Assembly (NCBI GenBank): GCA_965207225.1
Contig: CBDBLV010000005.1
Coordinates: 320,001 to 384,000, forward strand
Length of the DNA stretch: 64,000 nucleotides
From: Dehalococcoidia bacterium
GTDB lineage: Bacteria; Chloroflexota; Dehalococcoidia; Plut-88900
Reading direction: 5' to 3'
Shown: one piece after another, positions 9,995 through 19,901 of the stretch
Numbering within the stretch: the stretch's first letter is position 1
Layout of the letters: every line of letters starts with the position of its first letter
Notes under the pieces: generated by a model
The model's input: only the letters and a program-made list of their open reading frames with translations
Databases searched by the model: none
What the model was told of the DNA's origin: nothing
Made by a program: the position numbers and the translations under genes

Positions 9995-10585
9995 ATGTTC
10001 CTCCCCCGACTCCTCATAGGCAAAGGCCTGCAAAGGCGCATCCTGGCCATGGCCTTCGTGCAGGTCGCTGAGATGGCCGTTTCCGAAAACGTCGGCGTCC
10101 TCTCCGGCCCCTCCGCCCGACGCTGGGCCGACTCCCTCGCCAAGTCCGCAGGCACATCGGGGTTGGGAGGGGGTCTGGCCTCACTCCTCGGCCCCCGGCT
10201 GGCTGCAAGCCTCTTGCGGCAAACACCCTTGGGAAACATCGTTCCCGGTCAGAACAAAGACGTAGACCCTGCCCTGTCAATGAGTGCGCTGACCACAGCT
10301 CTGGGCATTCTCGGCAAGGACGACTCGAAAGACCTCAGAAAGAGCCTGCTTCCCCAGTTGTTGGACGCTATACCCGGAGTAGGCACTGCAAAGGAAGTGG
10401 CCCTGCTCGACGGCAACCTCCTCTTCCACGAACCCTCCCTCTACCTGCGCCACTCCAGGAGGGCGCTTGACGACGCCCTGTCCATTCTTCCCGTCGAGTT
10501 TGGGGCCCTGGTTCTGGCCGCCCAGACCCTCTTCAAAGGTGAAAAAGTCAGGGTCTCGGAGCCGACGGATCAGCCGAGGGGTTGA
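9995..10585 (+). CDS. Hypothetical protein
   Basis: In-frame ATG just after the upstream stop; host-like codon usage; fills the gap between genes. Confidence 0.55.
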   Translation: MFLPRLLIGKGLQRRILAMAFVQVAEMAVSENVGVLSGPSARRWADSLAKSAGTSGLGGGLASLLGPRLAASLLRQTPLGNIVPGQNKDVDPALSMSALTTALGILGKDDSKDLRKSLLPQLLDAIPGVGTAKEVALLDGNLLFHEPSLYLRHSRRALDDALSILPVEFGALVLAAQTLFKGEKVRVSEPTDQPRG

Positions 10586-11327
10586 ACAGCGGGCACATCT
10601 CCGAAAAGTCACACGGGCAGGACGGGTTCAGCCGGGGGTCGAATTCTTCATTCGCTATCGATTGAGAGACCGATGTGACTGTCTCCTCCGCCTCCCTGAG
10701 CGTCGACTCGTCCCGAGCCTCGACCTCCACGTTAGTGTTGGAACGAAGGTGATACAGCGAAAGCTTCTCCACCGGCAGAAGCCAGGTCCCCTGCGCCCCG
10801 AGCTGGTACATGCTCAACTGGAGGCTCCCCTCCACCTCGCTCGTGGTGATGTCCCGCTTGCCACTCTTGTAGTCCAGGATGTTCAGGCCGCCGGTCGGCG
10901 ATATGTCCACCCGGTCTATGTACCCCCTGAACGGCACCCCGCCTATGTCCACCGTGAACCACTTCTCCGTCGCCAGCGGCATCCGGTAGGCCCTGGAGTT
11001 CAGCTCCCAGAACCGGGTCAGTATCTCCCTGCCCGTCTGCTTGTCCGACGCCTCCCGCTTCTTGCTGAAATACCCCCACGAGCTCCACGTCCGATCGTAA
11101 AACTCCAGGAATTCCTCCAGCGTTGGTGGCCCCTGTCCCCTCTTGAAGAAATACTGCGCGCAACGGTGCAGCGTATTCCCGAAACTGAAATAGGACTTGG
11201 GTTTGGTCGGCAGCTTGTCGATGTACTGAAACCTGTAGAATAGGCCGCAGGTCTGATAAGCTGATATCTGGGAGTAGCTGAGGGGTCGCACCAGCCGAGT
11301 ATAGGAACCGTCGGCGCCGCGGGTCAA
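10548..11327 (-). CDS. PD-(D/E)XK nuclease, RecB/Cas4-like with putative Fe-S cysteines (start may be GTG at 11291)
   Basis: LSYSQ...C, FGNTLH, GYIDRVD, DYKSG, QLSMY, C-x-C-x5-CP. Confidence 0.9.
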   Translation of the reverse strand: MTRGADGSYTRLVRPLSYSQISAYQTCGLFYRFQYIDKLPTKPKSYFSFGNTLHRCAQYFFKRGQGPPTLEEFLEFYDRTWSSWGYFSKKREASDKQTGREILTRFWELNSRAYRMPLATEKWFTVDIGGVPFRGYIDRVDISPTGGLNILDYKSGKRDITTSEVEGSLQLSMYQLGAQGTWLLPVEKLSLYHLRSNTNVEVEARDESTLREAEETVTSVSQSIANEEFDPRLNPSCPCDFSEMCPLFNPSADPSAPRP

Positions 11328-11362
11328 TACAAAGTCCCATTCCCCTCAAAGGAGATGACCAA

Positions 11363-12793
11363 ATGGCCAAGACCTTCAAGACACCCCAGGACTACATCGA
11401 AAGCATCCGGGATGGCAGGGTCATCTACGCCGACGGCGAGAAGATCACCGACGTCATGGACCATCCCGTCACCCGACACGGCGCCCTTTCATATTCCCGA
11501 CAATACGCCCGCTTCCACGACCCCGCAGTCAAAGATATCTTCACCGCCCCCGACCCCGAGACCGGCGAACCCGTCGACCTCTTCCTCACACCCCCCAGGT
11601 CCGCCGACGACCTGCTCAGGCGGGCCAAGGCGCTGGCTCTCTCTGAAGAGCTGGGATATGGGGGGGCTCCCGCATTGAGCGATGCCATGCTTTCCCTCTT
11701 CATGGTCTCCCAGGAAATCGCCGAAGCCAACCCGATGTACAAGGCCAACATCGATAACTTCTACCGTCGCTTTCGCGAAGAAGACCTCATCATGGCCATC
11801 GCCATGTCCGACACCAAGGGCGACCGTTCCCTTCACCCCGGCCAGCAGTCCGACCCCGACCTATACGTCCGAAAGGTGGAAGAACGAGACGACGGCATCG
11901 TCATTCGCGGCATGAAGGCCCACATCACGGGGGCCGCCTACATGCACGAACTGGTGGTGATGCCCACCAAGAAGATGAGACCCGACGAGTCGGATTACTC
12001 CGTGACCTGCATAGTTTCCCCGGGTACCGAGGGCGTGAAGCTGCTCATGAGGCCCCGACGCATGGTGGGCTCAGACTTTGAGTACCCGGTCAGCCACGAC
12101 GAGCCGGGCGCCGAGTGTTTCGTCTGGTTCGACGACGTTTTCGTACCATGGGAGAGGGTGATCCAGAACGGGGAAGACTGGCTCTCTCAGCCCATTGCCC
12201 GGGGCCTGGGTCTCCTGCTGCGCTATTCAGCCCTCTGCAGCATGAAGCACACCGCAGAAGTGCTGGCGGGAGCAGCGTACCTGCTGGCCCAGTACAACGG
12301 CGTCGAAAAGGCCCCCCACATCCGCGATCACTTCTTCGAATTCGCCATGCTGGCCAGCGCCATGGACGCCTTCGTCACTTCCGCCGCCATGACCTGCACC
12401 ATGTCCGACGGCATGGCGATACCCAACGGCGTTATAACCAACGTCGCCAAGTACATGTTTACCGACAAACTAAGCGACATGTACAAGCACCTCATCGATA
12501 TCGGCGGGGCAATCATCGCCACCCAGCCCTGGGAAACCGACTACAACAACCCCGAACTTCACTCCGCCTTTAGAAAGTACCTCTCGGGCGGCGACAGGGC
12601 TACCGCCGACCAGCGCATGAGGCTCTACAATTTCGTGCGTGACATCGCTGCCGACGAATATGCCAGCCACTTCCTGATGACCGAATACCACGGCGCAGGC
12701 TCGCCCCAGGCCCAGAAGATGATGACTATCTTCGGCTACGACTTTGATGCCGCGGCGGAAAAGGTCAGGCGCCTGGCCCGGATAGAAGAGTAG
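11363..12793 (+). CDS. 4-hydroxyphenylacetate 3-hydroxylase / 4-hydroxybutyryl-CoA dehydratase family flavoprotein
   Basis: YIESIRDGR, D-x-KGDRS, DGIVIRG-x-KAH-x-T, FDDVFVPWERV, HGAGSPQAQ. Confidence 0.9.
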   Translation: MAKTFKTPQDYIESIRDGRVIYADGEKITDVMDHPVTRHGALSYSRQYARFHDPAVKDIFTAPDPETGEPVDLFLTPPRSADDLLRRAKALALSEELGYGGAPALSDAMLSLFMVSQEIAEANPMYKANIDNFYRRFREEDLIMAIAMSDTKGDRSLHPGQQSDPDLYVRKVEERDDGIVIRGMKAHITGAAYMHELVVMPTKKMRPDESDYSVTCIVSPGTEGVKLLMRPRRMVGSDFEYPVSHDEPGAECFVWFDDVFVPWERVIQNGEDWLSQPIARGLGLLLRYSALCSMKHTAEVLAGAAYLLAQYNGVEKAPHIRDHFFEFAMLASAMDAFVTSAAMTCTMSDGMAIPNGVITNVAKYMFTDKLSDMYKHLIDIGGAIIATQPWETDYNNPELHSAFRKYLSGGDRATADQRMRLYNFVRDIAADEYASHFLMTEYHGAGSPQAQKMMTIFGYDFDAAAEKVRRLARIEE

Positions 12794-12799
12794 CTGGCT

Positions 12800-13201
12800 T
12801 TACTCGGTGAATATCGGCGACCCGTGATGGTGGACCATCAGCCACCGGTCACCCTGTAGCGTGTACAGGTTGGTGGCCTGCACGAGCCCCATGTTCTCCT
12901 GCCCGCCCGACACGCTTCGTAGGTTCTCCATGCACGTTACCCGCGCCCACGGCCCCGACACCAGCACCTCCACCCTCGTCAGGTTGAACTCCATATAGCT
13001 CGTGTTCCTGAAAATCACCGCCCAGCTCTCCCTCACCTCCCCCCACCCCGACTTTAGCGTCCAGCCAGGGTGTATCACCTGCGCCGTATCGTCCTGCACC
13101 CACACCCCGGCCATCTGCTCAATGTCCAGGCTCTCAAACGCCCGGTAGAACCGCTCATTCGCCGCGGTGACTTCGGCTATGGCATCTCCCTCGGAAACCA
13201 T
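12800..13201 (-). CDS. SnoaL/NTF2-like protein
   Basis: AN-x-x-FYRAFE, IHPGW, ATN, HHHGS. Confidence 0.85.
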   Translation of the reverse strand: MVSEGDAIAEVTAANERFYRAFESLDIEQMAGVWVQDDTAQVIHPGWTLKSGWGEVRESWAVIFRNTSYMEFNLTRVEVLVSGPWARVTCMENLRSVSGGQENMGLVQATNLYTLQGDRWLMVHHHGSPIFTE

Positions 13202-13207
13202 GACACC

Positions 13208-14146
13208 CTAATTGGCAGTCCGGACCGGATAAGGCGCCTTCACCATCCCCCCGAACTTCGTCCCTTCATCCGAGAACAGTTCCGGGTGGAAAATCTGCGC
13301 CAGGATCTCTAGGCCGTCAACCACCCGGGGCCCGGGCCTGTTGAAGTACGACGACCCGTCCACCACGTACACCTCCCCCTTCCCCACCGCATCCAGCCCG
13401 TACCACTCATCGGGGAAGTTCGTCTTCTCCATCTCATCCAACGCCCTACCGGCGCTGAACCCACAGGGCATCACCACGATCAGGTCGGGGTTGTATTCGG
13501 CAATCCGGGGCCAGTCCACCTGGAAAGATGGTTTGCCTGCAACGCCCAGCCCATCCTCCCCTCCCGCCATAGCCACCATCTCCGGAACCCAGTGCCCGCC
13601 TATGAACACCGGGTCCAGCCACTCCATGCACAGCACCCAAGGCTTGCTTTGCGCCTCTGAAGCAATCCTCTCCACCCTCTCCACCCGAGCCCTCAGCCCG
13701 CCTATCACCTCCTCCGCCCGACCCTCGACCCCCGCCATCTCCCCCACTATCCTGATAGTGTCCAGTATCTCACCGACGGAGCTCGGCTCCAGTGATACCA
13801 CCCGGGTATCGCACTGCAGCATTGATGCTGCTGCTTCCACCTGGTGATAGGACACGGCGCAAACATCGCACAGTTCCTGGGTCAGGATCAGATCAGGGCT
13901 TGCCTCGTCCAGCAGTTCCTGGTCCAGGTTGTAAATGCTGCTCCCGCCGTGGACCAACCCCGTGATAGCGTCGTGGATATCCTTACCGCTCATAGACTCC
14001 CCGTTCACCACGCTGGACGTCACCGAGGCAATGCCTGCCGTCTCCGCCGGATAGTCGCATTCGTGCGTTACCCCGACCAGCGAGTCCCCCAATCCCAACG
14101 CGAACACTATCTCTGTGCTGCTTGGGAGCAGGGAGCATATCTTCAC
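13208..14146 (-). CDS. Cobalamin-binding (BtuF-like) periplasmic binding protein family
   Basis: KICSLLPSSTEI, GVTHECDYP, QELCDVCAV, GHWVPE, FNRPGPR; GTG start overlaps the upstream stop. Confidence 0.85.
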   Translation of the reverse strand: MKICSLLPSSTEIVFALGLGDSLVGVTHECDYPAETAGIASVTSSVVNGESMSGKDIHDAITGLVHGGSSIYNLDQELLDEASPDLILTQELCDVCAVSYHQVEAAASMLQCDTRVVSLEPSSVGEILDTIRIVGEMAGVEGRAEEVIGGLRARVERVERIASEAQSKPWVLCMEWLDPVFIGGHWVPEMVAMAGGEDGLGVAGKPSFQVDWPRIAEYNPDLIVVMPCGFSAGRALDEMEKTNFPDEWYGLDAVGKGEVYVVDGSSYFNRPGPRVVDGLEILAQIFHPELFSDEGTKFGGMVKAPYPVRTAN

Positions 14147-14994
14147 GCCGCCGCCCTCGCCGCCGACACCTCCCTGCTGAGTCGTGCCAGTATTTCCGCA
14201 GTGTGCCCTGCCTCCATGTTGTCCACCGTGTACACCTTCTCCCCCGAGATTCCGTCCACCCCTCCCGCGTCTATCCACTTCTTCACCATCTTGAACTCTT
14301 CATCGACAGTGGGAAGCAGATCTTTACCCGTTAGAGCAGAAAGACATGCCACCAGACCATACCCTCCCCAGTTTGAAACACTGGCAATGATCAGCTGCTC
14401 GGCGGGCGTTACAGCCGGGTCCGGGACCAGCGTCGAGACCTTCGGAATGTGCTCATACACCGACCCCATTCCTATCTCGTTGCCGCCGTCTCCAATCGCC
14501 ACGGTCCTGTCCACCGCCTGGAACAGGTAGTCAAGCTTCGCCGTATTCTCAGATATATCCACGCCCCTCATGTTCAGGTACAGCTTCGACTCCCTCGTCA
14601 TTCCCGCCCGCTCTATCGAGATCGCTAGCCCCGGCTTCAACTCCGTCAGGAGGCTCCTTGACTCCAGCTTGCTGATTTCGTGGCCTGCAATTGCGAATTC
14701 CCGGACCTTCTTCCTGGCCCCTCCCACCAGCTTTCGCAGCATCGGCGCCGCTCCATCGGTGACGTAGGTCACCTTCCTGCCCAGCTTTTCCAGCGCCCGA
14801 CCTATCGCCACCGCCCCCGGAGGTCCGTCCGTCTCCCACGATCCCTTCACGTAGAAGCCCGTGAGTATGATCACCGGCCCCTCCGACTCCAGCACGTACT
14901 CCGCCGCCCGATTGCAGAAATCGGGTGGCAATTTGCGTCTCAAGCGGGAAACGCCGCGTGTGTCTCGACTCAGGATGATGTCTTCTATAGTCAT
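14143..14994 (-). CDS. DUF4392 (D-glutamate cyclase C-terminal-like) protein
   Basis: TGF, ETDGPPGA, IER, YLNMRG, IGDGGNEIGMG, VSNWGGY. Confidence 0.85.
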   Translation of the reverse strand: MTIEDIILSRDTRGVSRLRRKLPPDFCNRAAEYVLESEGPVIILTGFYVKGSWETDGPPGAVAIGRALEKLGRKVTYVTDGAAPMLRKLVGGARKKVREFAIAGHEISKLESRSLLTELKPGLAISIERAGMTRESKLYLNMRGVDISENTAKLDYLFQAVDRTVAIGDGGNEIGMGSVYEHIPKVSTLVPDPAVTPAEQLIIASVSNWGGYGLVACLSALTGKDLLPTVDEEFKMVKKWIDAGGVDGISGEKVYTVDNMEAGHTAEILARLSREVSAARAAA

Positions 14995-15005
14995 AGACTT
15001 ACTTT

Positions 15006-15791
15006 CTACAAGGCTGCCGTCGTCTCGTTCGGTATGTCCGTCACGAACATGTAGCCCGGAGCATGGGTGATCATCAGCGACGGTCGAGACTTCTCGGCCA
15101 CCGCCTGTGGAGTAACTCCGCACGCCCAGAACACCGGCGTTTCGTTCTCCTTGAACTCCACGGGGTCTCCGTAGTCGGGCTTCGAAATGTCCTTTATCCC
15201 GATAGACCCCGGCTCCCCCACATGCACCGGCGCCCCATGCACGTCCGGGTACCGGGAAGTCACCTGCACCGCCTTGACAACCTGCGAGTGGGCTACCGGC
15301 CTCATACTCACCACCATCGGCCCCGAGAACACCCCCGCGCTCTGGGTCTCCATGTTCGTCACGTACATCGATACGTTGGACCCCTGCTCGATGTGGCGCA
15401 TCGGGATCTGGGCCCGCATCAACGCTTCCTCGAACGTGAAGCTGCACCCCAGCAGGAACGACACCATATCATCTCGCCAGTACTCTGCGATGTCCGGCAC
15501 CTCGGCTTCCAGCACCCCATCCCGGTACACCCGGTAGGCTGGTAGGTCCGTGCGTATGTCCGCCCCCGGCGCCGACACCCGAGGCTCAACCTGTCCAGGC
15601 TCCAGCACCTCGATCAGGGGACACGGCTTCCGGTTCCGCTGGCAAAATAGCAGGAAGTCGAAAGCGTACTCCTTCGGAAGGATTGCCAGGTTCGCCTGCG
15701 TATAACCGGGCGCAACGCCCGCCGTGACCCCCGCAAACGCCCCCGACCGCGTCTCGGCCCTGAACTCCGCGGGGTTGTTGTGGTTGCTCAT
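15006..15791 (-). CDS. DUF1445 putative hydro-lyase (D-glutamate cyclase/YcsI family)
   Basis: QANL, FCQRN-x-[37 protein letters not shown]. Confidence 0.9.
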   Translation of the reverse strand: MSNHNNPAEFRAETRSGAFAGVTAGVAPGYTQANLAILPKEYAFDFLLFCQRNRKPCPLIEVLEPGQVEPRVSAPGADIRTDLPAYRVYRDGVLEAEVPDIAEYWRDDMVSFLLGCSFTFEEALMRAQIPMRHIEQGSNVSMYVTNMETQSAGVFSGPMVVSMRPVAHSQVVKAVQVTSRYPDVHGAPVHVGEPGSIGIKDISKPDYGDPVEFKENETPVFWACGVTPQAVAEKSRPSLMITHAPGYMFVTDIPNETTAAL

Positions 15792-15905
15792 ATCGAGTGC
15801 CCTCCTCTCCGCGTAATATACCACCCTCCCCCTCCTTCCCCAACATCCAACCCCTGCACCTCCACCATTCCGATGCCCCGCGAGGAATCTGGCGTGGTCT
15901 CCGGT

Positions 15906-15966
15906 CCCCTCTCCCTCGACGGGTCGAAGATGCGCCTCAGGCGTGAGAGGGTTAGGGTGAGGGTGA
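15906..15966. repeat. REP-like palindromic element
   Basis: CCCCTCTCCC...GAGAGGGTTAGGGTGAGGG resembles a common extragenic palindrome; single copy with an internal insertion. Confidence 0.45.
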
Positions 15967-16059
15967 ACTACTGCAAAGAATCAACCAAGGCAAAGTTCCT
16001 AACAGGCAACACTGCGGTGACCTTCCTGGCCGTGTTAGCATAACCCTATGAGTTTCAGT

Positions 16060-16323
16060 ATGTCGCAATCGATTCCCGCCGACCTCTCCGCTCGCGGCGC
16101 ATCCCTTTACGAACAAAGCATCCGCTCTCAGGTCGAACCCCAAGAAAACGGAAAATTCGTTGTCATTGACATCTTTAGCGGCGACTTTGAGGTCGGAATC
16201 CGTGATGCCGACGCCACCAAACGCCTTCTCGACCGTCACCCCGACGCCATGACATGGGCCGTCCGAGTCGGCCACCCGACTCCCTACGTCTGGCTTTCCA
16301 GGCGGTCTCCTTTCAATGATTAG
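16060..16323 (+). CDS. Small hypothetical protein, partner of the downstream aspartic protease
   Basis: G-x-FVVID-x-x-SGD-x-E motif; homologous to 31922..32197; 8-nt overlap with the protease gene. Confidence 0.75.
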   Translation: MSQSIPADLSARGASLYEQSIRSQVEPQENGKFVVIDIFSGDFEVGIRDADATKRLLDRHPDAMTWAVRVGHPTPYVWLSRRSPFND

Positions 16324-16696
16324 AGGTCGGGTAACCGCCGACGGGGCCCCGAGGGTTCGTATCGAAATCCTGGATGAAATGGGTCAGGCTAGACCTATAG
16401 CAGCCGTGTTAGACACCGGATTTACAGGTGACCTATCGCTTCCTTCCTCTAGTCTGAGCAGTCTTGGATTGAGGCCGGTTGGGCAGCGCATGTTTAGACT
16501 CGCGGATGGAGGAACATCCGTGATGAATACTTATGCAGGATCCGTGAACTGGCATGATAAAGCTCGGGATATTCTGGTCGTGGAATCCGAGGGAACGGCA
16601 ATGGTCGGTATGAACTTGATTTGGGGTAGCCGGGTTACTTTGGAGGCCCGAGAAGATGGGGACATTGTCATCGAACCCCTTCCTAGACCAGCCTAA
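16316..16696 (+). CDS. Clan AA (retropepsin-like) aspartic protease
   Basis: LDTGFTG-x-L, LADG flap, VGM-x-L. Confidence 0.85.
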   Translation: MIRGRVTADGAPRVRIEILDEMGQARPIAAVLDTGFTGDLSLPSSSLSSLGLRPVGQRMFRLADGGTSVMNTYAGSVNWHDKARDILVVESEGTAMVGMNLIWGSRVTLEAREDGDIVIEPLPRPA

Positions 16697-16714
16697 ATTA
16701 GCAACTAGAAAGAA

Positions 16715-18811
16715 ATGACCACCAATCGCCTCGCCCACGAATCCAGCGCCTACCTCAAAAGCGCCGCTCACCAACCCATCGACTGGCACCCCTGGGGCGA
16801 CGAACCCTTCCTCCTCGCCGCCCGACAGAATAAGCCCGTTCTCCTCGACATCGGCGCAGTTTGGTGCCACTGGTGCCACGTCATGGACCGCGAGAGCTAC
16901 GAAGACCCCGAAGTCGCCGCCATCATCAACGACCGTTTTATCGCCGTTAAGGTCGACCGGGACGAAAGGCCCGAGGTCGACCGCCGCTATCAGGGGGCTG
17001 TCGGGGCCATCACCGGCCAGGGTGGCTGGCCCCTCACCGCCTTCCTCACCGACAAGGGCCAGGTCTTCTACGGCGGCACCTACTTCCCCAAAAACGACAT
17101 GCACGGCAGGCCCGGCTACAAGACCCTCCTGGCCCGCATCAGCGACCTCTACAGGGACGACCGGAACTCCGCCCTGGAAAACGCCCGCAAGATTAAGGAG
17201 CACCTCGGCAAGCTCACCGTGCAGGCGGAGGACGGCCACGTGCTCCAAGACGCCGCCATCGACGCCGCCCTCGAGGCCATAGGCCAAGGCTTCGACATAG
17301 TCCACGGCGGATTTGGCCGCGCCCCGAAATTCCCTCACACCTCCGCTATCGAGCTAGCCCTTTCCCGACACTACGCCTCCGGCGAAGATTGGTTGAACAT
17401 CATCATCAACAAGACCCTGGACAAGATGGCCCTAGGCGGCGTCTACGATCAGCTCGGCGGCGGCTTCCACCGCTACTCCGTAGACGAACGCTGGATAGTC
17501 CCCCACTTCGAGAAGATGTCCTACGACAACTCGGAGCTGCTCAGGAACTATGTCCACGCTTACCAGGCCACGGGCTCGGCCCTGTTCAGGGAGGTCGCCG
17601 AGGGCATTGTCGCTTGGGTCTCAGAGGTCGCCTCAGACCCCGACCGCGGCGGCTTCTATGCCAGCCAGGACGCCGACGTCGGGCTCGATGACGACGGCGA
17701 CTATTTCACATGGACCCTTAAAGAGGTTGAACAGGCCCTCCCACCCGAGGACGCCCGCATCATCTCCCTCCACTACAACGTCGAGCCCCGCGGCGAAATG
17801 CACCACAACCCCGCTAAGAACGTCCTCTTCGTAGATGCCTCCCCCGACATCATCGCCCGCCGCATTGACCTCGAAGAGGATAACGTCACCGAACGCATCG
17901 CCGCCGCCAAAGAGACCCTGCTCCAGGCCCGTGCCCTTAGACCCGAGCCCTACGTCGACACCACCGTCTACTCCGGCTGGAACGGCATGATGGCCTCGGC
18001 CCACCTGGAGGCTTACAAGGGTCTCGGGTTTGAAAGTTGCCGAGAGTCTGCCCTGAAGGCCATTGACCGGCTCATAGACGAGGCTTACAAGCCCGGTCGG
18101 GGCTTCTTCCACAGCCTCGTAGACGGCGTGGCTAAGGTCGAAGGCCTCCTGGACGACCAGGTCCACATGGCCCGAGCCCTCCTCGACGCCCACGAAGCCA
18201 CCACCGAAACCCGCTACCTCACCCTTGCTCAAGAGCTGATGGACTTCACCATAGAGCACTTCTGGGACGACATCGAAGGTGGTTTCTTCGATCTGGCCGA
18301 CTTCAAACGGGGTTCGGTAGGGCTGGAAGAAGCCGACAAGCCCATACAGGACTCCCCCACCCCCGGCACCAACTCCTTAGCCGCCCTCACCCTCGACAGG
18401 CTCTTCTATCTCACCCATCGTGAGGAATATCGCGATAAAGCGGAACAAACCCTGAAGCTCTTCGGCCCGTTGGCCGGCCAGTACGGCCTCTTCGCCAGCA
18501 CCTACTTCCTTGCCCTCGACCAGCACCTCAACCCGCCCGCCCACGCCGTAATCGTCGGCCCCGACTCAGACCCCCTCACCCAAACCCTCTGGAAGAAGGC
18601 CCTCGCAACCTACCGACCCCACAAGATCGTCTCTTTCTATGACCCGGAAAAGAGTGACCCCTCCCTCCTCCCGCCCGCGGTGCAGGGCATGATGTCCAGG
18701 GATGTCGGGCCCCAAGCCTACGTCTGCGCCGGAAACACCTGCGCCCTCCCCACCAACGACCCCGCCGTCCTGGAGGCCAACCTCAGGACCTTCGGCCTCC
18801 CGACCCGCTAG
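16715..18811 (+). CDS. YyaL/SSP411-like thioredoxin-domain protein
   Basis: NRL-x-x-E-x-S-x-YL, WCHWCHVM, GGWPL, APKFP, PHFEKM. Confidence 0.95.
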   Translation: MTTNRLAHESSAYLKSAAHQPIDWHPWGDEPFLLAARQNKPVLLDIGAVWCHWCHVMDRESYEDPEVAAIINDRFIAVKVDRDERPEVDRRYQGAVGAITGQGGWPLTAFLTDKGQVFYGGTYFPKNDMHGRPGYKTLLARISDLYRDDRNSALENARKIKEHLGKLTVQAEDGHVLQDAAIDAALEAIGQGFDIVHGGFGRAPKFPHTSAIELALSRHYASGEDWLNIIINKTLDKMALGGVYDQLGGGFHRYSVDERWIVPHFEKMSYDNSELLRNYVHAYQATGSALFREVAEGIVAWVSEVASDPDRGGFYASQDADVGLDDDGDYFTWTLKEVEQALPPEDARIISLHYNVEPRGEMHHNPAKNVLFVDASPDIIARRIDLEEDNVTERIAAAKETLLQARALRPEPYVDTTVYSGWNGMMASAHLEAYKGLGFESCRESALKAIDRLIDEAYKPGRGFFHSLVDGVAKVEGLLDDQVHMARALLDAHEATTETRYLTLAQELMDFTIEHFWDDIEGGFFDLADFKRGSVGLEEADKPIQDSPTPGTNSLAALTLDRLFYLTHREEYRDKAEQTLKLFGPLAGQYGLFASTYFLALDQHLNPPAHAVIVGPDSDPLTQTLWKKALATYRPHKIVSFYDPEKSDPSLLPPAVQGMMSRDVGPQAYVCAGNTCALPTNDPAVLEANLRTFGLPTR

Positions 18812-19800
18812 TCCCCCTCCCGTCTCCCGACCCTCTCCACAAACTCACACACCGTCGGGCCATCGGCAGTTTCAGCGATCAACTTCGCTTCCGGCTCCGC
18901 GTACTTCTTCCTCACGTACCCCAGCGCAGCCCTCCGCCCCGACACCGCCACCGGCGCCACCGACGTGATCTTCCCCGCTTCCTTCCCATCTACTGTCAAC
19001 GTTGCACCGGGGTCCGGTATTTCACCATCTTCTAAACTCAACCTAGAAAGGTATCGCTTCACCTTCTCATAGGTGTTCAGCCGAGCCACTACTTCCTGCC
19101 CGACATAGCAACCCTTCGTGAAACTCACGGCCTCCCAAAGCCCGGCCTCCAGGGGGTTCACTTCCTCCCCCAACTCCGCCCCGAAAACCGGAGCCCCCAC
19201 CCCCACCCGGAACACCTCGTATGACTCCGAATCCATCTCCTGGGCACCTGCCACCACCAGCTCCTTCCACACCTCTCCCACCGAGCCCGAAGGTGCAATG
19301 ACGTTATACGCGCCCCCCATCCCCACACCACCCCTGTACACGATCGCCTCAACGCCCGCAATTGTTGCTTCAACACAGTGATAGGGTTCTAGCGCCGCTA
19401 CCCCCACCGCCTCCGCTCCCCGTGGCCCGATTACCAAGAGAAGGCCCTTCTCTTCCGTCACGTCCTCCAGCTCTATCTCCTCCCCGAATGTGAACTCCTC
19501 AATCCAATCGACGACCTTCTGCTGGTTTCCCGGCGAGGTCAGCACGAGCCAGTGGTCGGACATATATAGAATCGTAAGCAGGTCCACCACCCGCCCCTTG
19601 TTCGTCGTCAACACCGTCGCCACCCCCGACCCTGCAGGCCTCTCAACGACCTCATTCGTCGAAAGCCGGTCCACCAGGTCCAGCGCATCCTCTCCCGTCA
19701 TCCGCAGCACGCCGGGCATCGGTGGCCGGGCCACCGCCGCGGACTCCTCTGCGGCACTCATGGCTATATCGGTTGATGTAAGGTCTGCAGTCTGTGTCAT
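18808..19800 (-). CDS. ygfZ: Folate-binding protein YgfZ / GcvT family
   Basis: Signature KGCYVGQEVVAR. Confidence 0.85.
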   Translation of the reverse strand: MTQTADLTSTDIAMSAAEESAAVARPPMPGVLRMTGEDALDLVDRLSTNEVVERPAGSGVATVLTTNKGRVVDLLTILYMSDHWLVLTSPGNQQKVVDWIEEFTFGEEIELEDVTEEKGLLLVIGPRGAEAVGVAALEPYHCVEATIAGVEAIVYRGGVGMGGAYNVIAPSGSVGEVWKELVVAGAQEMDSESYEVFRVGVGAPVFGAELGEEVNPLEAGLWEAVSFTKGCYVGQEVVARLNTYEKVKRYLSRLSLEDGEIPDPGATLTVDGKEAGKITSVAPVAVSGRRAALGYVRKKYAEPEAKLIAETADGPTVCEFVERVGRREGD

Positions 19801-19845
19801 CGCACTCGTCGTCCCAGGGATTTGTATATCAAATCCTAAAAGAAA

Positions 19846-19873
19846 GGGGCCTTCCTATCAACCGGAAGACCCC
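19846..19873 (-). terminator. Probable intrinsic terminator downstream of iscA
   Basis: GGGGCCTTCC/GGAAGACCCC stem followed by a T-rich tract on the minus strand. Confidence 0.55.
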
Positions 19874-19901
19874 CGAGTCACCTCTTCTATGTGGCTTGCG
19901 T

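Noticed and set aside
10548-11327. Cas4-like nuclease as evidence of CRISPR-Cas
   Set aside because: No other cas genes or repeat-spacer array in the window; it fits a solo RecB-family nuclease
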